A DNA stretch of 10,647 nt, taken from Amoeboradix gromovi X-113 (Eukaryota > Fungi > Sanchytriomycota). Numbering within the stretch: the stretch's first letter is position 1; each line of letters begins with the position of its first letter. Positions 7,043 through 10,647 of the stretch are shown here, piece by piece. The notes beneath the pieces were generated by a model. That model saw only the letters and a program-made list of their open reading frames with translations, was not told where the DNA came from and did not search any database. A program made the position numbers and the translations under genes. Location: positions 1 to 10,647 of the forward strand of contig JADGIF010000337.1 in NCBI GenBank assembly GCA_018985225.1. Reading direction: 5' to 3'.

Positions 7043-7993
7043 TTAATGATATAAATAAGCACTTTTAGCATCCGTGCTTTTCGACCCCAAACTTTTAGCA
7101 CTCTTCGCTGATTTTGATCTCTTTCTTTGCACATCTGCAGATGCCATAGTCCTATGGTTAGAACGCGGTAGGATTTGCATCTCTTTTGGTTCTCTAGAAG
7201 TCATTGATCTTGATGATGAAGACGCCGATGAAAACGACTGTTTTAATGGTACTTCTCGTTGTGATCTCTTTTCTCTCGCTTTCAGTGGCTCTTGCAATCT
7301 GCAACTAGAATTTCCATAACTATCAGGGGACGCATATCTTTGAAAGCCGTTATTTTCGTGAATATCCTGCCCCTTTTGCGCAGTAAATGGATCCTTAATG
7401 TGCCGGAGCTCCCTTTTCTTACGTAGCGGATGAGTTTCTTCTTCATCCTCTTCGTCTTCCAGTATAGTGTCATGTTCTTCAATGTTTGTTATCGTCCCTG
7501 TTCTTTTATGCCCTTGACTTTTGCTCTCCTCATCTAATCCAAACTGGGATTTATAGCTTTTCATAGCTAGTAGATATTTACGATATTTAAAGAATATACT
7601 GACTAGCAATAGCAATGCAATTCCAATCAAAATGCAATTGAGTATTGAAAATGCAGTCCATACAGAAACCAAGTCGTTCTTTGCAATGACTCCATTCAAG
7701 GTGTCATTTTGGACAAACCAGGTCAAGCGGACCAGGTAAATTAAACTAGTCAACATGCTACTGATTAATAGCAAGATGCTCCAAAAGAAGAGAAACGAAC
7801 TCAACGCAATGGAGTTAGAAATAGTACCGAATAGACCAATAAAACAAGCCCAAATGACCAAAGCACCAACAATGCTCAGATTGATGATAACTTCGATTAC
7901 ACCAAATAACAGCAATACACTAAATATCATCAACGTAGCAGTAGATGAATATAAACAAAAAGTTCTTGGCTCAATAGGTTTTTTAACTTGCAT
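7043..7993 (-). CDS. Four-TM membrane protein, paralog C, with a long charged/Ser-rich cytoplasmic tail (~316 aa)
   Basis: The first in-frame ATG (7993) gives MQVKKPIEPRTFC, similar to paralog A MQREKPLTREPLLCC; the ORF-track start 8026 is TTG. Four TMs, then a disordered tail. Confidence 0.85.
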   Translation of the reverse strand: MQVKKPIEPRTFCLYSSTATLMIFSVLLLFGVIEVIINLSIVGALVIWACFIGLFGTISNSIALSSFLFFWSILLLISSMLTSLIYLVRLTWFVQNDTLNGVIAKNDLVSVWTAFSILNCILIGIALLLLVSIFFKYRKYLLAMKSYKSQFGLDEESKSQGHKRTGTITNIEEHDTILEDEEDEEETHPLRKKRELRHIKDPFTAQKGQDIHENNGFQRYASPDSYGNSSCRLQEPLKAREKRSQREVPLKQSFSSASSSSRSMTSREPKEMQILPRSNHRTMASADVQRKRSKSAKSAKSLGSKSTDAKSAYLYH

Positions 7994-8089
7994 CAGTAGG
8001 TGTCCCGCCCATAGTCTTTCGGTCAAACTAGAGGACTAAAGAATACGAATCAATACAAGACGTCCCATCTAGTTGCAAAAATAATAAAT

Positions 8090-9463
8090 TTATTCTCTTT
8101 TTTGATCATTCTTTTTGTTACTCATTTTAACAAGTTTTGCGAAGTAAAAGCCATCCATGTTGTGTGTGTGAGCATAAATTCGTTTAGAAAATTGCAATGT
8201 CTTATTAAATTGCATTTGTTTAAAATTTACATAACCGGGTTTTCCTACGTTGATTTCACATGGAACCAGCTTCACATCTCTCTTTTTTAAAGAATAGTTT
8301 ACAACACATTCATTCTCATCAATTAAAATAGAACAAGTACTATAAACAACGATTCCACCAACTTTGCAAGCATCTATTGCACTTAGTAGAAGTTGCTTCT
8401 GTAAGTCAGATAGCAAGCGGATCTCATTCTCATTCTTAGAGTGTTTTACCTGCGGATCTTTGCTTATCACACCAGTACCGCTGCAAGGAGCATCAAGCAA
8501 TACTCCATCAAACATATTTATCCATTTTTTATCTAGTTCCCTACCATCTTCATTACAGACAATACAGTTTTCTACCCCCATTCTGCTAAGCATGGCAGCT
8601 ACCGCTTTACATCTAAGCTTATTAATATCATTCGCAAACAAAATTCCAGAATTTTTCATCAACTGGGCTAAATAAGTGGTTTTACCACCCGGTGCAGCAC
8701 ACATATCTAGTATGCGCTTCTCTTCCAAATTTGCATGCTCTGCCATCGCCATAACTGGTAGCCAAGACGAAGCACTCTGGATCATATAATACCCATTCAA
8801 ATACTCTGGAGTTGCACCTACAGGTACTTTAGATTTCATTATTTGAAGACCCAAGTTAGTCCATTCTCCGGGAAGTTCTCTAATTTGCATTCCTCTTTTT
8901 AAAAGTAGTTTCGTTAATTCACGACGCTTTATCTTCAAAGTGTTTGTGCGAATAGTTAGAGGTCTTTGAATCTCATTGCTTTCTATACACGCCAAAATCT
9001 CGAAAGAAGGAAACATGTCCCATAGTTTCTGTAATAAAAAATCATTGTATCCATAAAATGCTTGTAAAGAGAGCCTTAATTGATCAATGTATTCCTGTCT
9101 AGTGTACATGGTGTCCTTCAGTTGTTTGTAATCTTCTAAAATAGTTAGAATTGCATGGATTTTCTGCTTTACAGTTTTCGGATCAGATTCAGCCTGAAAA
9201 AGCTCTTTATGATTTATATCATCCACAAGAATACGTTCCACTTTTAACTCACTTTGACCGATATCATTTGAGAGAAACGGATCGTCTTTTAAAATCGATG
9301 CGTCAATAACCTCAGTGTCATTTGCATCCTCAGCTTCCTGCTTAGAGCTTATTTCATCTAATTTAACCGGAACATCAAATTCGGGCTCGTCTGCGTCAGA
9401 TTGCTCATCAAAAGATTCAAACTCGTCCATCATTTCTTCATCGCTCCAATCTAAAGATTTCAT
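8090..9463 (-). CDS. NOP2: 25S/28S rRNA m5C methyltransferase Nop2 (NSUN1), 457 aa
   Basis: RPLTIRTNTLK, VPVGATPEYLNGYYMIQSASS, LDMCAAPGGKT (motif I), LLDAPCSGTG (motif IV Cys), VYSTCS (motif VI Cys), HTHNMDGF; acidic N-terminus. Confidence 0.97.
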   Translation of the reverse strand: MKSLDWSDEEMMDEFESFDEQSDADEPEFDVPVKLDEISSKQEAEDANDTEVIDASILKDDPFLSNDIGQSELKVERILVDDINHKELFQAESDPKTVKQKIHAILTILEDYKQLKDTMYTRQEYIDQLRLSLQAFYGYNDFLLQKLWDMFPSFEILACIESNEIQRPLTIRTNTLKIKRRELTKLLLKRGMQIRELPGEWTNLGLQIMKSKVPVGATPEYLNGYYMIQSASSWLPVMAMAEHANLEEKRILDMCAAPGGKTTYLAQLMKNSGILFANDINKLRCKAVAAMLSRMGVENCIVCNEDGRELDKKWINMFDGVLLDAPCSGTGVISKDPQVKHSKNENEIRLLSDLQKQLLLSAIDACKVGGIVVYSTCSILIDENECVVNYSLKKRDVKLVPCEINVGKPGYVNFKQMQFNKTLQFSKRIYAHTHNMDGFYFAKLVKMSNKKNDQKRE

Positions 9464-9498
9464 TTTCCGCGTAATATCCTTTAAAAATAAAATTGTAT

Positions 9499-9897
9499 TT
9501 ATTTATTCTCTCCAATTCTAGATTGAATTACCTGTGTTAATACCAACAAATTTTTTTGTTTATCCTCCAAATCTTTCATCAACGGCTTTGCATTATCTTG
9601 CACGAATGAGATTCTTCGCTTATATATCTCTTGTGCATAATCTCTACTGCATTGAATGAAATATCCCGTTCCTATATCTACCATAACCTTCTTCCCAATT
9701 TTACCCTGCACATGAATACTGTTTGTAAGAGGTATCATGGCGCTGTTCATTTCTGATTTCAAAATGCCAATGTTTTCATTAAAAGTGTTTAGCAACTGCT
9801 GCAATTGCTGCGCACTCATTTGCAATGTTTGTACATCTCTCTCTAATGTTTGTCTCACTTGAATTAGTTGTTGTACTGGAAGAGTATTCAAATCCAT
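9499..9897 (-). CDS. GIM5: Prefoldin subunit 5 (alpha-type; Gim5/PFDN5), 132 aa
   Basis: DLNTLPVQQL N-terminal helix and the IPLTNSIHVQGK...KVMVDIGTGYF beta-hairpin signature, flanked by coiled coils. Confidence 0.93.
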   Translation of the reverse strand: MDLNTLPVQQLIQVRQTLERDVQTLQMSAQQLQQLLNTFNENIGILKSEMNSAMIPLTNSIHVQGKIGKKVMVDIGTGYFIQCSRDYAQEIYKRRISFVQDNAKPLMKDLEDKQKNLLVLTQVIQSRIGENK

Positions 9898-10647
9898 ACT
9901 CTACCTTTTGTTACAAAAATAAACAAAAAGCCCAAATACAATGATCAATTTTTAATTGAATAAATGATTTATCGCGATAAAACAAGCTATATTGCTCAAA
10001 TACACTTTATTTCAAAGACATTTCTGATTGCATAAAAACTAGACTTTCTTTCCTTTCATTTATTACTAGAGTCTGCAAATTATCAGGGCCAGAGTATGTC
10101 AGATCTAAATAGAGCATCAACATATGCAGAAAACTTTATCCTGCAGGAGCTATCCGATGTCTGTCTAAGCTAGCCAATAAATTCATGTGCGGCTTTCAAG
10201 ACTTTTATCCGTAGCTTAATGTTTCCACTCTTCCTCGAGGAAAATATTTTATGTGAGGGTATCATACGTTAAACAAAAAGAGACTCTTGTGCAATATTTC
10301 AGTGTTTTGTATACCAATTTATTGTTATGACGACATATAGTATCGGTCTTTTTAATACGAAACCCCAACGCACGCAAAGAATGTAGAACTTTTTTAGCCT
10401 ACATGGCCTGCGAAAACACTACAATGAAAATGAATATTGGCACAGGAACTAGGGCACCCATTTCTTATTGGATTGAAGCTGTTAAGCACGTTTGCAGCCA
10501 AACGGCTATTTCATGTATTTTCTGGTATATATGGGACACCAAATATAAAAACTAGACTAACTCGTTTTTAAAGGAGGTGCACCATATTGAGGAAATGCTA
10601 TCATTAATAAAAGATCTTCTATTATACCAATTTTCTTCCATTACTTT

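Noticed and set aside
8036-8068. Upstream mini-exon (ATG GGA CGT CTT, 8068-8057) plus a 21-nt GT-AG intron (8056-8036) extending paralog C
   Set aside because: It is in frame and possible given the tiny introns, but it starts only ~20 bp after the NOP2 stop, has no clear branch motif, and the ATG at 7993 matches the paralog A N-terminus. It needs RNA evidence.
892-9521. Short antisense or overlapping ORFs in the track (892-1137, 1626-1887, 2396-3149, 3356-3655, 4367-4738, 5525-5826, 6313-6513, 7074-7482, 7755-8039, 8102-8675, 9315-9521)
   Set aside because: They are shadows of longer, better-supported genes or of the element, with no motifs of their own.
544-9897. Non-standard genetic code (TAA/TAG = Gln) or a prokaryotic origin of the window
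   Set aside because: Conserved proteins terminate at TAA at their expected C-termini. NOP2, prefoldin 5, F-box/WD40 and splice signals are eukaryotic.
10096-10272. Small plus-strand gene with a 15-nt intron (10159-10173, GTCTGTCTAAGCTAG) removing an in-frame stop
   Set aside because: The product is short and unrecognisable, and such GT..AG pairs arise by chance. No gene could be supported in 9900-10647.

Overview
AT-rich, very gene-dense eukaryotic nuclear DNA. It could come from a compact fungus-like or parasitic genome, but the taxon cannot be fixed from this window. The code is standard, and all eight host genes end in TAA. Host genes: a HIG1/Rcf1-type respiratory supercomplex factor, head-to-head with a 760-aa low-complexity orphan; three mutually paralogous four-TM proteins; an F-box/WD40 protein; NOP2; and prefoldin subunit 5. 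Two things stand out. (1) At ~5192-5816 (minus) there is a ~625-bp internally deleted IS607-family / Fanzor2 (eukaryotic TnpB) element. It has a putative left end with phased motifs, the N-terminal HTH of the TnpA serine recombinase, a frameshift and deletion junction, the C-terminal RuvC/zinc-finger part of the nuclease, and a well-structured putative omegaRNA scaffold at the right end. A TTTTAAG motif recurs at both inferred boundaries, which predicts a TAM and guide. (2) Ultra-short spliceosomal introns: removing a 19-nt GT-AG intron restores the last WD40 blades of the F-box protein, and a 26-nt intron candidate sits at the start of the HIG1 gene. All assignments come from reading motifs by eye; no searches were run.
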